A stretch of 64,000 nucleotides of DNA from an uncultured delta proteobacterium (GCA_963789265.1 CAWBKB010000008.1:71698-135697), one strand, 5' to 3'; numbered from the stretch's first letter, positions 1-10,031 are shown. The notes: generated by a model from the letters alone, not told the origin. A program made the numbers and translations.

Positions 1-63
1 GACGGGCACGGAGGCCCGTGCTACCCCACGTCCCGCGGGGTAGGGCCGGCGTCCCTGCCGGCC
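1..63. repeat. GTAG-type REP-like hairpins
   Basis: acgggcacggaggcccgtgctac and gtagggccggcgtccctgccggcc. Confidence 0.6.
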
Positions 64-101
64 AAGACGTTCTTAATCATTCTTTTGAACGCGACATGGT
101 G

Positions 102-2023
102 GTGCGCCAGGCAAAGCTTGGCGTCTCTTACTGGGTGAGAGTCCCTGTCGGGTAAGGTCTAACCAGCCACCCGTATCGAGTGTTGCGGATATTTGGGAGG
201 ATGCAATTTAGAGCAAACGAACGAAATATCCGAAGCGTACACAGAGAATCTTGTGGGCGGCAAGGGAGGCCGCATCTCCCTGAAGCGATTCAGCCTCGTT
301 ACCGCTGAGCAGTCGGCGACGATGTTACCATATCGGAAGCCAGCATAGAGGGATCGTTATCGGTGAGATCCCCGAGGGGCTGCCGGGGTCAGAGAGCGTG
401 GCACGCAGGAAGAGAGATATTAGGAACCTGGGAGGCCCCCCGGTCTCCCTCGCAAGAGGGTAGGGTGTACCAACCAAAAGGAGGCCACCCGATGGGCCGA
501 AGGGAGTCAGATCGCTCCATCGTACTCTGAGGCGGGAGAGCCGGCCACAAGGGGAAGGGAGCGACGAGGCCGCGTAGCCTGCAAAGGAAACACGAACCGA
601 ACAAGGAGGATCGGACCAAGCCGTGCAAACCTCACTGCGGGGAATAGCAAACAAGGCAGCCAAGCAACAGAAGCATCGATTCGGCAACCTCTACGAGTTG
701 CTCAACGAGGAGAATCTACGATGGTGCTGGCAGTTTCTTCGGAAAGAGGCGGCACCGGGAATAGACAGAGTGGATTATGCCGAGTACCAGGCTGAGCTGG
801 CCTCCAGTATCCATGACCTCGTTGGCCGCCTGAAGGGGAAGCGGTATCGAGCCAGATTGGTTCGTAGGCATTACATTCCCAAACTCAATGGGAAGCTTCG
901 TCCGTTAGGGATACCGACTACTGAGGATAAGCTGCTGCAGCTTGCGGTAGCCAAGATCCTGGAGGCCATTTACGAGCAGGACTTTCTCGATTGCAGTTAT
1001 GGGTATCGTCCGGGTCGCAGCCCGCTCGATGCGGTAAAGCACCTCACGGATGAGCTGCAATATGGGAGGTACTGTTGGATCGTGGAAGCGGACATCAAGG
1101 GGTTCTTCGACAACATCGACCATGATTGGATGATTCGGATGCTGGGAGAGCGAATTGATGACAAGTCGTTTCTGCGTCTGATTCAAAAATGGCTCAAGGC
1201 AGGTATCTTAGATACGGACGGAGAGGTGATCCATCCGGCCACGGGCACACCTCAAGGTGGGATCGTGTCGCCGATCTTGGCCAACCTCTACCTGCATTAT
1301 GCTCTGGACCTATGGTTTGAGACAAAGATCAAACCGGCCTGTCAGGGCAGCGCTTTGCTCATCCGCTTTGCGGATGATTTTGTCTGTGCGTTTCAGGATC
1401 GGAAGGATGCCGAGCTGTTCATGGAAGAGCTCGAGGCACGCCTGGGCAAATTCGGCCTGGAAACCGCTCCGGACAAGACGCGGCTGTTGCGGTTTTGTCG
1501 GTATGATTTAGCTGGGAGCGGCCGGTTCGATTTTCTTGGGTTTGAGTTTCGCTGGGAAGAAGGCCGCAACGGGGGCCGCTTTGTGAAGCGCCGCACTTCG
1601 CGTAAGAAGCTGCGGGCCTCGCTAGCCAACTTTACGGACTGGATCAAGAAGGAGTGCCACCGGAGGACCGGTCGACTTTTCTCCACCCTCAACTCCAAGT
1701 ATCGCGGATACTGGAACTACTACGGGGTGTTGGGGAATTCGGCAAGCCTTCAGCGCTTCTTTTACATCACCCAGCGGCTTCTCTTCAAATGGCTGAATCG
1801 TCGCAGTCAGCGCCGTAGTTACACCTGGGTCGGATTCAACGCCCTGGTTAACTACTATGGGGTAGAGCAGCCACGCATCACCGAACGTGCCAGACCAGTG
1901 CAATTGGCCCTTCTGTGATCGCTGTCAGTGCGGAAGCGAGCGGCCTTGAGGAGCCCGGTGCGGGAATAGCGCACGCCGGGATCTGTGAGGGGGCCGGCGG
2001 GCAACCGGCGGTCCTACCTTGAT
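102..2023 (+). mobile_element. Group II intron (IIB-like, bacterial class E/F-like, no endonuclease domain)
   Basis: 5' GTGCG at 102. Domain V GAGCCCGGTGCGGGAATAGCGCACGCCGGGATC starts at 1951. Domain VI ends CCTACCTTGAT at 2023. Encloses an RT ORF. Confidence 0.92.
623..1918 (+). CDS. ltrA: Group II intron reverse transcriptase/maturase
   Basis: RPLGIP, DIKGFFD, GTPQGG and RFADD motifs; X domain (GYWNYY); no HNH. Confidence 0.95.
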   Translation: MQTSLRGIANKAAKQQKHRFGNLYELLNEENLRWCWQFLRKEAAPGIDRVDYAEYQAELASSIHDLVGRLKGKRYRARLVRRHYIPKLNGKLRPLGIPTTEDKLLQLAVAKILEAIYEQDFLDCSYGYRPGRSPLDAVKHLTDELQYGRYCWIVEADIKGFFDNIDHDWMIRMLGERIDDKSFLRLIQKWLKAGILDTDGEVIHPATGTPQGGIVSPILANLYLHYALDLWFETKIKPACQGSALLIRFADDFVCAFQDRKDAELFMEELEARLGKFGLETAPDKTRLLRFCRYDLAGSGRFDFLGFEFRWEEGRNGGRFVKRRTSRKKLRASLANFTDWIKKECHRRTGRLFSTLNSKYRGYWNYYGVLGNSASLQRFFYITQRLLFKWLNRRSQRRSYTWVGFNALVNYYGVEQPRITERARPVQLALL

Positions 2024-2102
2024 TAAAAAGTAGTGACCGATATCGCAAATGACTCGGTGAGGACGGAAGTCTTGCCGGGATCAGGGTAGGGTGGCCCGTG
2101 GC

Positions 2103-2321
2103 CGCCGTCCCGCGCGTCGGGCATTCGCGTTAAGTTAAGGCAATTTCGTTCCTTTTCGGGAGGTCCGTGCAGGCCGAGCACGATCAAAGTCCCCCTTTTA
2201 TAAAGGGGGATTTAGGGGGATTTTCAAGTAGTTATCCCAAAATCCCCCCTGGCCCCCCTTTACGAAAGGGGGGAACCCCCGCGTCTCGCCGGGTTAAGTT
2301 AACGCCGTCCCGCGCGTCGGG
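2103..2321. repeat. MITE-like element carrying a CCCCCTTT..AAAGGGGG repeat
   Basis: 19-bp direct repeat CGCCGTCCCGCGCGTCGGG at 2103 and 2303; GTTAAGTTAA motifs near both ends; internal palindromes. Confidence 0.6.
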
Positions 2322-2355
2322 GGATCGGGCATTGCCCGATCTACCCTCGGTCATT

Positions 2356-3810
2356 TCATCCCGTAAGGCATGGATGACGCGCAGCTTCCACCTCATCCAT
2401 CCTTCTTACCTTGCATTTTGACGGAGCCCCGCGCAGAAGTTCCGGGTTTTCCTTTGCCTCCCTCGCAATCGCCTTCAATGCGTCAACAAACTGGTCCAAG
2501 TCCTCTTTTGATTCCGTCTCGGTCGGTTCAATCATTATCGCTCCGCTCACAACCAGCGGAAAGTAAATCGTCGGCGGATGATAACCGTAGTCCATGAGGC
2601 GCTTGGCAATATCCATGGTGCTGACTCCGCTCTCCTTCTGGAATTTGTCGGAAAATACGCACTCATGCATGCAAGGTCTGTCATACGGGAGATACAGCAC
2701 GCCTTTGAGCTTCTCCTTTATGTAATTTGCATTCAGCACGGCAAGTTGGCTGGCCCTGGTCAGTTCACGGCCCATACTCAGTATGTAGCTGTAGGCCTTT
2801 ATCATGACCCCGAAGTTGCCGTAAAACGCATGCAGTTTCCCTATAGACTCCGGAAATTCCTCTGACAGCACGAACCCTTCCCTGGCCCGGATCACTCGAG
2901 GGATCGGTAAGAACCGCTCCAGGCTCTTCTTTACGCAAATCGGTCCTGAACCCGGCCCACCGCTGCCGTGCGGCGTCGAAAAGGTCTTGTGCAAGTTCAG
3001 ATGTTGAATATCAATCCCCATGTCACCCGAACTCACTATGCCCATAACCGCGTTCATATTTGCGCCGTCGCAATAGACAAGCCCGCCTCTTGAGTGAACT
3101 ACTTCCGCTATTTCTCTTATGTTTTCTTCGAACAGGCCGAGCGTATTGGGATTTGTGACCATGATTCCGGCGACGTCGTCGTCCATGACACGGGCAATGG
3201 TTTCTGTGGATAGAATGCCCTGTTCGTTGGATTTCACATTTACGGGGCGAAATCCACAAAGGGCTGCACTGGCCGGATTGGTGCCGTGCGCAGTGTCCGG
3301 AACTATGATTTTGGAGCGTGCTGAGCCCTTGCTCCTGTGATAAGCAGAAATGATGAGCATCCCGGCCAGTTCCCCTTGCGCGCCGGCAGCCGGTTGCACG
3401 GAGACCGCGTCCATGCCGGTGATTTCCGCCAAAAGCCTCTCAAGATCGGAAATCAGTCTGAGGGCCCCTTGTGACAAAGGAGTCGGCAACAATGGATGTG
3501 CCGCGGCAAACCCCGGTCGGCTCGCTTGTTTCTCGTTGACCTTGGGGTTGTATTTCATGGTGCATGAGCCGAGAGGGTACATTCCGCTATCGACTCCAAA
3601 GTTCCACTGAGAGAGCCTGGTGTAGTGGCGAACTACCTCCACTTCGCTCAGGTCGGGGAAGTCCGGAGGCTCGCCAACAAGCTCCTCCGGCACCGGTGAC
3701 TCCTCGACGTCTCGCCTCGGCAGGCTCATTCCGGATCTGCCTTTTCTTCCTCGCTCCCAGAGCAGCGGTTGGTCCAGTATCAATCCTGTGCGGCCCGGAA
3801 ATTCTTTCAT
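2356..3810 (-). CDS. gcvPB: Glycine dehydrogenase (decarboxylating) subunit 2
   Basis: YPLGSCTMKYNP and PLP motif HLNLHKTF; start placed at MKEF inside the MITE target duplication. Confidence 0.95.
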   Translation of the reverse strand: MKEFPGRTGLILDQPLLWERGRKGRSGMSLPRRDVEESPVPEELVGEPPDFPDLSEVEVVRHYTRLSQWNFGVDSGMYPLGSCTMKYNPKVNEKQASRPGFAAAHPLLPTPLSQGALRLISDLERLLAEITGMDAVSVQPAAGAQGELAGMLIISAYHRSKGSARSKIIVPDTAHGTNPASAALCGFRPVNVKSNEQGILSTETIARVMDDDVAGIMVTNPNTLGLFEENIREIAEVVHSRGGLVYCDGANMNAVMGIVSSGDMGIDIQHLNLHKTFSTPHGSGGPGSGPICVKKSLERFLPIPRVIRAREGFVLSEEFPESIGKLHAFYGNFGVMIKAYSYILSMGRELTRASQLAVLNANYIKEKLKGVLYLPYDRPCMHECVFSDKFQKESGVSTMDIAKRLMDYGYHPPTIYFPLVVSGAIMIEPTETESKEDLDQFVDALKAIAREAKENPELLRGAPSKCKVRRMDEVEAARHPCLTG

Positions 3811-3811
3811 T

Positions 3812-3933
3812 GTATGCATTCAGTTACAGCCGGAATTTGCGAGTGGCTTCGTAGGGTGGGCTTTCTAGCCCGCCATTGAACGGGAGTTTCCCCGGCAGGC
3901 TGGAAGGCCTGCCCCACAAGACTGAATGGTTAC
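3812..3933. mobile_element. 122-bp MITE with 8-bp TSD
   Basis: TIRs GTATGCATTCAGT / ACTGAATGGTTAC; TSD CTTTCATT at 3804-3811 and 3934-3941. Confidence 0.85.
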
Positions 3934-3936
3934 CTT

Positions 3937-5268
3937 TCATTCGGTTATCTCCTTGACCAAAGCTTCCATGTCCGCCCTGGACCTGGTTTCGGTAACGCAC
4001 AACAGATAGTGATTGGGCAGTTCGGGATAGTAAGGGGCCAAAGAGATCCCGGCGATGATTCTTTTCTCCAGCAAACGTTGGTAAGTGAATTCAAATCCGG
4101 ACGGAAATTCCACCACGAATTCGTTGAAGGTAGGACTGGAAAATGCCGGCTTCAAACCTGCTCTCGCAAGCCCTCGCTTGAGATACTCCGACTTGTCATA
4201 GTTCAGCTTAGCCAGTGCTCTTATTCCGGTTCCGCCGAGAGACGCCATGTACATGGCCGCGGCCAGAGCGCACAGGCTGCCGTTGGTGCAAATGTTGGAC
4301 GTGGCTTTTTCCCTGCGGATGTGCTGCTCACGGGTGGCAAGAGTAAGCACGAATCCTCTCTCGCCGCCCATATCCTTTCCCAGACCCACAAGTCGCCCCG
4401 GCATACTGCGCACATACTGCATATTGCTCGCGAACATGCCCAGTCCAGGGCCGCCGAAAGATTGGGGAATGCCGAAACTTTGGCCTTCTCCGCAAGCTAT
4501 GTCCGCTCCTTGACTTCCCGGACTTTTGAGCAGGCCGTAAGCCAGAGGCTCGGAAAAGCAGACAACAAACAGTGCCCCTTTTCCATGAGCAATCTCACTA
4601 TTCGGCTTAAGATCTTCGATACAACCGAAGAAATTCGGCGACTGAACCGCGACGGCTGCAAGTTCGTCATGTCCTCTCAGCCCTGAAAAGTCGGTCCTGC
4701 CGTCTTGCAGGTAATCAAGCTCCACCAACTCATAACCAGACGAGGAGAAATAGGTTTTGACCACCTGCCCGTAAAACGGATGGACCGCGCGAGATATTGC
4801 TACTCTGTGTCGGCGGGTTATTCTTATGGCCATGAGCAGCGCTTCCGCCAGTGCAGAGGCGCCGTCATACAAAGATGCGTTGGCGGTTTCCATGCCAAGC
4901 AGCCTGGCCACAAGAGTCTGATACTCATAAATGGCCTGAAGCGTTCCTTGACTCATTTCCGGCTGGTACGGCGTATAAGCTGTTACGAATTCCGACCTCG
5001 CAAGCAGTTGAATCACCGATTCCGGAATATAGTGCTCGTAACTGCCCGCGCCTACAAAGACCTTGAAATCCGGAGATACTGCCATGCTAGCGGCCAGCGT
5101 CTCAAGATGATCCTTCAGTTCCCACTCTGTCATGGGTTCCGGGAGATTGAGGCCGCTCGTGCGGCGGCACCCCGGAGGAACGGTCGAGTGGAGGTCTTCC
5201 AGCGTCGCAACGCCTACGACCTCCAACATTTCCGCGATATCTTCCGCCGTGTGCGGCAAGTAACGCAT
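3937..5268 (-). CDS. gcvPA: Glycine dehydrogenase subunit 1
   Basis: YTPYQPEMSQG and REQHIRREKATSNIC motifs. Confidence 0.95.
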   Translation of the reverse strand: MRYLPHTAEDIAEMLEVVGVATLEDLHSTVPPGCRRTSGLNLPEPMTEWELKDHLETLAASMAVSPDFKVFVGAGSYEHYIPESVIQLLARSEFVTAYTPYQPEMSQGTLQAIYEYQTLVARLLGMETANASLYDGASALAEALLMAIRITRRHRVAISRAVHPFYGQVVKTYFSSSGYELVELDYLQDGRTDFSGLRGHDELAAVAVQSPNFFGCIEDLKPNSEIAHGKGALFVVCFSEPLAYGLLKSPGSQGADIACGEGQSFGIPQSFGGPGLGMFASNMQYVRSMPGRLVGLGKDMGGERGFVLTLATREQHIRREKATSNICTNGSLCALAAAMYMASLGGTGIRALAKLNYDKSEYLKRGLARAGLKPAFSSPTFNEFVVEFPSGFEFTYQRLLEKRIIAGISLAPYYPELPNHYLLCVTETRSRADMEALVKEITE

Positions 5269-5673
5269 CTATTCAAGCCCTCCCAACATTTCCCGGTAGA
5301 CGTTGGCCGTTACGAGATCCTCCATCTCTTCCGGATGCTCGGGTTTAATCTCGATGATCCAGCCCGCGCCGTAGGGATCGGTGTTGATAAGCTCGGGAGA
5401 TTCCGCCAGGTCTGTGTTCACCGCCAGGATTTCCCCACCTACCGGCATGAACAGCTCCGACACCGCCTTGACGGATTCCACGACTCCGAATTGCTCACCC
5501 TTGCGCAATTCATCACCCGGGTTGGGCAGCTCCACAAAAGTCAGCTCCCCCAGTTGGTCTTGAGCGTAATCCGTAATGCCGACTCTAACGTTATCACCTT
5601 CCTGCTTGACCCACTCATGGGTCTGAGCATAACGAACATTATCAGGCAGGTTGAATTCCTCGATCTCCTTCAA
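5269..5673 (-). CDS. gcvH: Glycine cleavage H protein
   Basis: GITDYAQ and lipoyl motif VESVKAVS; TTG start after AGGAG (alternative start 5691). Confidence 0.93.
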   Translation of the reverse strand: MKEIEEFNLPDNVRYAQTHEWVKQEGDNVRVGITDYAQDQLGELTFVELPNPGDELRKGEQFGVVESVKAVSELFMPVGGEILAVNTDLAESPELINTDPYGAGWIIEIKPEHPEEMEDLVTANVYREMLGGLE

Positions 5674-5687
5674 GGTTCCTACTCCTT

Positions 5688-6971
5688 TCACCGCATCATT
5701 TCTTGAATAGGACGCCGCGCGGAACGGTCCGGGCGGATGTCTTCGACAATCATAACCTTGATTCGGCGCCGGTTGTCCTTTAATTCCACTTCCCGGCCTG
5801 CAACCAGTCGCGACCGAACTTTGACAAAACCGCAGCTTAGCCCCCTGGCTTTGAAATTGTCGGGTTTCGTAGGGCTGGCCATGCTGTAAATCGCACCATT
5901 GTACCTGGCGATGGACATGTCGCTAACACAAGTCAAAACGACTCCGATCTCATTGCCGTCCGAATCAAGGACAACAGCCCGATCGTGTATTGACACTTTT
6001 CGAGGATCGTATCCCACAAAAGCGTAAGTGTGCTCAGCCTTATCTCTTAGTTCAAGGACCCTGTCGCCAATAAACATTTTGGTGAATGCGGTGCGATTCT
6101 CGTTGTACGGCAAGGCGAAGAACCAAGGGTGATTGATGAATGGCCAAGGCCCGATATCCTGGTGAGAAAGGGGCAGGCAAGCGCCGGTTCTAAGAGAATC
6201 TCTAGCGGCAAGACCGCAAGGAAGCACTCCGAGATCCCGGCCCGCGTTCCATATCGTGTCCCACGCCCGCGGAACGTGTTCACGGTTGACGAATATTTCG
6301 AAGCCGAATTCCCCTGTGTATCCGGTTCGCGAGAGCAAAATAGGCGTGCCGTCTTTCAGAACTGTTTCTGCGCTCCGAGGCTCGGCCTCGAAATTTCCTT
6401 TGAAGCTGAAGTATGCCATATCTTTCAAGACGTTTTTCGGGTTTCTAAGCGCTTTTATTAATGCTTTGGCTGACAACGGTCCTTGAAGGTCAATTTTGCC
6501 CACGGTCTCTGACATTTCGGCTATGCTGACCTCCAAGCCTTCGGCGTGAGCCCGAAGATGGTCCGCTATTATGGTTCCCATACCTGCGTTGACGACTGTA
6601 ATATAATTTGCGGTTCCCGTCTGATACACGATCGCGTCATCTATGGCCCAACCCTGCTCATCCAAGTAAGCTCCATAAACGCATCGGCCCGGACTCAGGG
6701 GCGCCCTGTTTCTTCCCACGCAAGCATTCAGGTCTTTTGTGAAGCAAAGTTGGAGCAAGTCAAAAGATCCCGGTCCGCTGATCGTGACCGCGGACATGTG
6801 GCTGGTGTCGAACATCCCCGCGTTGGTAATATTGATCTGATGTTCGGTGACCCCTCCAGAAGGATACCACAGCGGCATGCTCCAACCCGCGAATGTGCCC
6901 ATTTTGGCTCCATGAGCGAGATGCCAAGGATAAAGCGGGGTCTTCTTTGCTTCTTCGTCTGCTTCGTGCAT
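5688..6971 (-). CDS. gcvT: Aminomethyltransferase (glycine cleavage T protein)
   Basis: FDTSHM, SRTGYTGEFGFE and GLAARDSLR motifs; operon context. Confidence 0.9.
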   Translation of the reverse strand: MHEADEEAKKTPLYPWHLAHGAKMGTFAGWSMPLWYPSGGVTEHQINITNAGMFDTSHMSAVTISGPGSFDLLQLCFTKDLNACVGRNRAPLSPGRCVYGAYLDEQGWAIDDAIVYQTGTANYITVVNAGMGTIIADHLRAHAEGLEVSIAEMSETVGKIDLQGPLSAKALIKALRNPKNVLKDMAYFSFKGNFEAEPRSAETVLKDGTPILLSRTGYTGEFGFEIFVNREHVPRAWDTIWNAGRDLGVLPCGLAARDSLRTGACLPLSHQDIGPWPFINHPWFFALPYNENRTAFTKMFIGDRVLELRDKAEHTYAFVGYDPRKVSIHDRAVVLDSDGNEIGVVLTCVSDMSIARYNGAIYSMASPTKPDNFKARGLSCGFVKVRSRLVAGREVELKDNRRRIKVMIVEDIRPDRSARRPIQEMMR

Positions 6972-7147
6972 ACGGGTCGTCCAACACAATTATGTGTGGA
7001 TCAGGATAACCGAATCCGAATGACAAATCTACCATTTACGCAGGCTGAAACCGGTCTCGCGACTTTCCATCACAATCGGAAGGGTTGCCGCTGAGCCTCG
7101 GTTCGTATAATCACGTCCGGTGAGACTGTTGTTATGGAGGCACAAAT

Positions 7148-7298
7148 ATGAAAAGATTTCCGGGCATAGGTTTCTTGCTTGCGATTTGCTGCGGATTGGT
7201 TTGGCCTGCCTTTGCGTGAAGTCTGTGAAATTATTCCGGCAGGTATTCTGGAACTGATCAATTTGCAGCAACAAGGTTTTGCTTACATCAAGCCGTAA
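7148..7298 (+). pseudogene. Internally deleted secreted DsrE-like gene remnant
   Basis: GGAGG RBS; signal peptide MKRFPGIGFLLAICCGLVWPAFA; then an out-of-frame C-terminus IPAGILELINLQQQGFAYIKP*. Confidence 0.5.
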
Positions 7299-7321
7299 AT
7301 GCATGTGTCGAAACGGTCCGC

Positions 7322-7825
7322 ATGATAGCAGCCGTGGACGTTCACTACCTTGATGCCGGTGCCACTGCGGCCGGAGTGCTCTTCAGCCGATGGGCTTCCG
7401 AACGGCCCGCGGTCGAACTACGTGAATTGATCGAGGAAGTCGAGCCGTACGAGCCGGGGAGTTTTTACAGGCGTGAGCTGCCGTGCTTGCTGAAATTGCT
7501 GCGAGCAGTGAAACAGCAGGTTGAAACGATTATTGTGGACGGTTATGTTTGGCTCGGGCCTGGTAACAGGCCGGGGCTTGGGGCCCACCTGTACAAGGCC
7601 CTGGATGAACAGATCCCGGTAATCGGGGTCGCCAAAAGCCCATTCAAGGGAGCCGTCAACGCTCAACCGATCCTGCGGGGTAGGAGCCTAAAACCTCTGT
7701 ACGTCACCGCGGCAGGCGTGGATGCGGGTCTTGCAGCAGAGAATATCAAGAGTATGCACGGACCGCACCGCATACCGACTCTGCTCAAAAGGGTAGATGA
7801 ACTGTGTCGTGAGGCAAGCCCATGA
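7322..7825 (+). CDS. Endonuclease V-family protein (short form)
   Basis: AVDVHY, YEPGSFYRRELP, VDG, IGVAKS and HRIP motifs. Confidence 0.85.
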   Translation: MIAAVDVHYLDAGATAAGVLFSRWASERPAVELRELIEEVEPYEPGSFYRRELPCLLKLLRAVKQQVETIIVDGYVWLGPGNRPGLGAHLYKALDEQIPVIGVAKSPFKGAVNAQPILRGRSLKPLYVTAAGVDAGLAAENIKSMHGPHRIPTLLKRVDELCREASP

Positions 7826-8340
7826 CCCCGAAGAATCTGCTCGTTACCGGGCCGCCCCGTTGCGGCAAATCCACTCTGATTGAAACGGTCGTTTCGAGAA
7901 TCGACGCTCCCTTAACTGGCTTCTTCACCTGCGAGATCAGAGAGAAAGGCCGGAGAGCGGGCTTCAAAATCGTCACGCTGGATGGCAGGGAAGGTGTGCT
8001 CGCTCACGAGAAGATCAAGGCCAAGGCGAGGGTAGGAAAATACCGAGTGAACCTTGTTGACCTTGACAAAATCGCAGTACCCTCGATGATCCCGTCAAGG
8101 CCCGATCAAATAGTGGTGATTGATGAGATCGGCAAGATGGAGTGCTTATCATCGCTCTTCCGCCAGACTTTGCTGCAAACGCTCGATTCGCCTAACAGGG
8201 TGATCGGCTCCATAGCCCTGAAGGGCGGCCTATTCATTCGGGGGATTAAAACCCGCCGGGATGTGACGCTTATCGACATGATCGAGGACGATAGGGATGC
8301 GTTGGTGGATAATTTGGTCGCTATTTTGCTGTGCCGCTGA
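7822..8340 (+). CDS. Nucleoside-triphosphatase (THEP1/NTPase_1 family)
   Basis: GPPRCGKST, GFFTCEIR and IDEIGKME motifs. Confidence 0.9.
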   Translation: MTPKNLLVTGPPRCGKSTLIETVVSRIDAPLTGFFTCEIREKGRRAGFKIVTLDGREGVLAHEKIKAKARVGKYRVNLVDLDKIAVPSMIPSRPDQIVVIDEIGKMECLSSLFRQTLLQTLDSPNRVIGSIALKGGLFIRGIKTRRDVTLIDMIEDDRDALVDNLVAILLCR

Positions 8341-8774
8341 TGGTCAATTTTGGTGATGGTGAAGGTGGCAGCACATCCTACGGGGCCTGGAATGCCGGAA
8401 ATCGCAGGCTGGAAAGCCTGCGCCACAGATATAGACTATTGGGAATGCTCCTCTTCTGTGGGGTGGACTATCTAGTCCGCCAGATTTTACAGAGGAAAAT
8501 GCAGAAATGATGCCTTGTTCTTATTAGCAGTTTCCTGTAGCGAGAGCTTGAAAATAAGGGCCTCGGAGATGGGGTCAGGTCCTTTTTTTTGACTTTTTCA
8601 TTTCGGGCCATGTGGTCCTGCACACTGTGGGGTAATGGTTAACTCAATGCGCCGGGTTTTCCTAGTGCAAGAAACAGGGCCGGCCACCTTCACTCGCCGG
8701 AATTGGCAAGAATGGGGTATAATTCCGGTTGATTGATCGAAAGGGAATGGCAAATCTATTGAAAGGAGATCTGT

Positions 8775-9140
8775 ATGTTTGAAGTAAGTGAAGAGGCGTC
8801 GGAGAAGATACAACAGTTCCTGGAAGGACGCGAAGGACTTCAGGCCATCAGGGTCTTGATGACCGAAGGCGGTTGGAGAGGTCCATATCTCGTGATGGCT
8901 CTCGATGAGCAGAAAGAAGATGATGAGGTTTTCACGCAGAGAGGTGTGACGTATGTTATCGAAAAAGCCCTTTTTGAAAGGGCAAAACCCATACGTATCG
9001 GCTATACTCACTCCACTTTGGGTTCAGGCTATACGCTGGAATCGGAACTCATGAAGGATGTGAAGGGTGTTAGCGTGGGATGTCACGACATTTTCAACAG
9101 TTGCGCTACAGCCACGTGTGAATGTGAACCTCAAGAATAA
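8775..9140 (+). CDS. HesB/IscA-like protein
   Basis: IRVLMTEGGWRGPYLVMALDE motif; AAGGAG RBS; Cys-rich C-terminus. Confidence 0.75.
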   Translation: MFEVSEEASEKIQQFLEGREGLQAIRVLMTEGGWRGPYLVMALDEQKEDDEVFTQRGVTYVIEKALFERAKPIRIGYTHSTLGSGYTLESELMKDVKGVSVGCHDIFNSCATATCECEPQE

Positions 9141-9398
9141 GATAATAAGGAGTCAGTCCTTGTTTCCTGCGTTCTTCCTATCCCGGTCCATAATGCCGCA
9201 CTCTACTGGAGTAATGGAGCCCGACAGGCGCGGCGATTTCCCCCCGGGCAAGTGTGATACATCCTGATGATTCATTCTCAGTTTCTGAGACAGAGACTTT
9301 AATACGGTTGCGAAGGTATGCCGGCCGCGGCTACCAATCATTTGGCACTAGCGAAAGACCCTTTATAAAGGAACCCACCACTTGCGGAGGTAATCTTC

Positions 9399-10031
9399 AT
9401 GACACACAGCTTCCTTATCACAGTGCTATTCCCATTTGTGTTTGGCCTTATGGCTCTGTTCTTCTTAGTCATTGGGCTACGAGGCATCGTCCTCAAAAAG
9501 CCCTTTGTGATTTCGTCGCGGTGGATGCTCATTGTGGTGTTGCTCGGTTTCACGCCCTCAGTGATGATGTCGATACCGGCTTCGGGACTGGGTGATCACA
9601 GAGCACACGTGACGATTTTTCACTTGCTCATCCCGGCTGTCTTAATCATTGTGGGCATTTTCCTGTTTTTGGCTCTGAAGGGATACACAGCGTTCGGCAT
9701 TACCGATGTCTCCTTCCGAGAGGCACTGATGGCTGCCCTGACTAAACTTAATTTACCTTATGAGGAGACACTTGCCGCAGTAAAGCTGCCCACAATAGGC
9801 GCGGATCTTCAGGTGGCCGTCCAGTCCTGGATAGGGACCGGACAACTGAAGATGAAGCAACGACAATTCGGCACGGTATTGCGTAATATCGTAAGCGGAA
9901 TGAATGAGTACTTTCAGAGAGGTGAGAATCTAAAGGTGAATTTGACCTGCTGCATATTTTACGTCCTCATAGGAGTCTTTCTGCTAGTGCTCGCCGGCGT
10001 CTTCTTGTTCGCCTTCGGCAAAACGATTTGA
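9399..10031 (+). CDS. Hypothetical membrane protein
   Basis: GGAGG RBS; about 4 hydrophobic segments. Confidence 0.7.
   Translation: MTHSFLITVLFPFVFGLMALFFLVIGLRGIVLKKPFVISSRWMLIVVLLGFTPSVMMSIPASGLGDHRAHVTIFHLLIPAVLIIVGIFLFLALKGYTAFGITDVSFREALMAALTKLNLPYEETLAAVKLPTIGADLQVAVQSWIGTGQLKMKQRQFGTVLRNIVSGMNEYFQRGENLKVNLTCCIFYVLIGVFLLVLAGVFLFAFGKTI

Noticed and set aside
623..1918. RT as a retron, DGR or defence RT
   Set aside because: It has an X domain and full group II intron ends (GTGCG, domains V and VI); no TR/VR pair was seen.
4705..5706. 333-aa plus-strand ORF and similar long antisense ORFs (4009-4686, 27817-28581, 61028-61666)
   Set aside because: Shadows of well-supported genes on the opposite strand, with no motifs.
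7217..7219. TGA after a signal peptide read as selenocysteine
   Set aside because: Another TGA follows two codons later; internal deletion is the better explanation.
6990..7320. Glycine riboswitch upstream of gcvT
   Set aside because: No GGAGA/CCGAAG/CTCTCAGG aptamer motifs on the minus strand; the region holds a plus-strand gene remnant instead.
8571..8595. SRP RNA (GGGTCAGGTCC)
   Set aside because: Lacks the following GGAAGGAAGCAGC; it resembles a short repeat also present near 13393.
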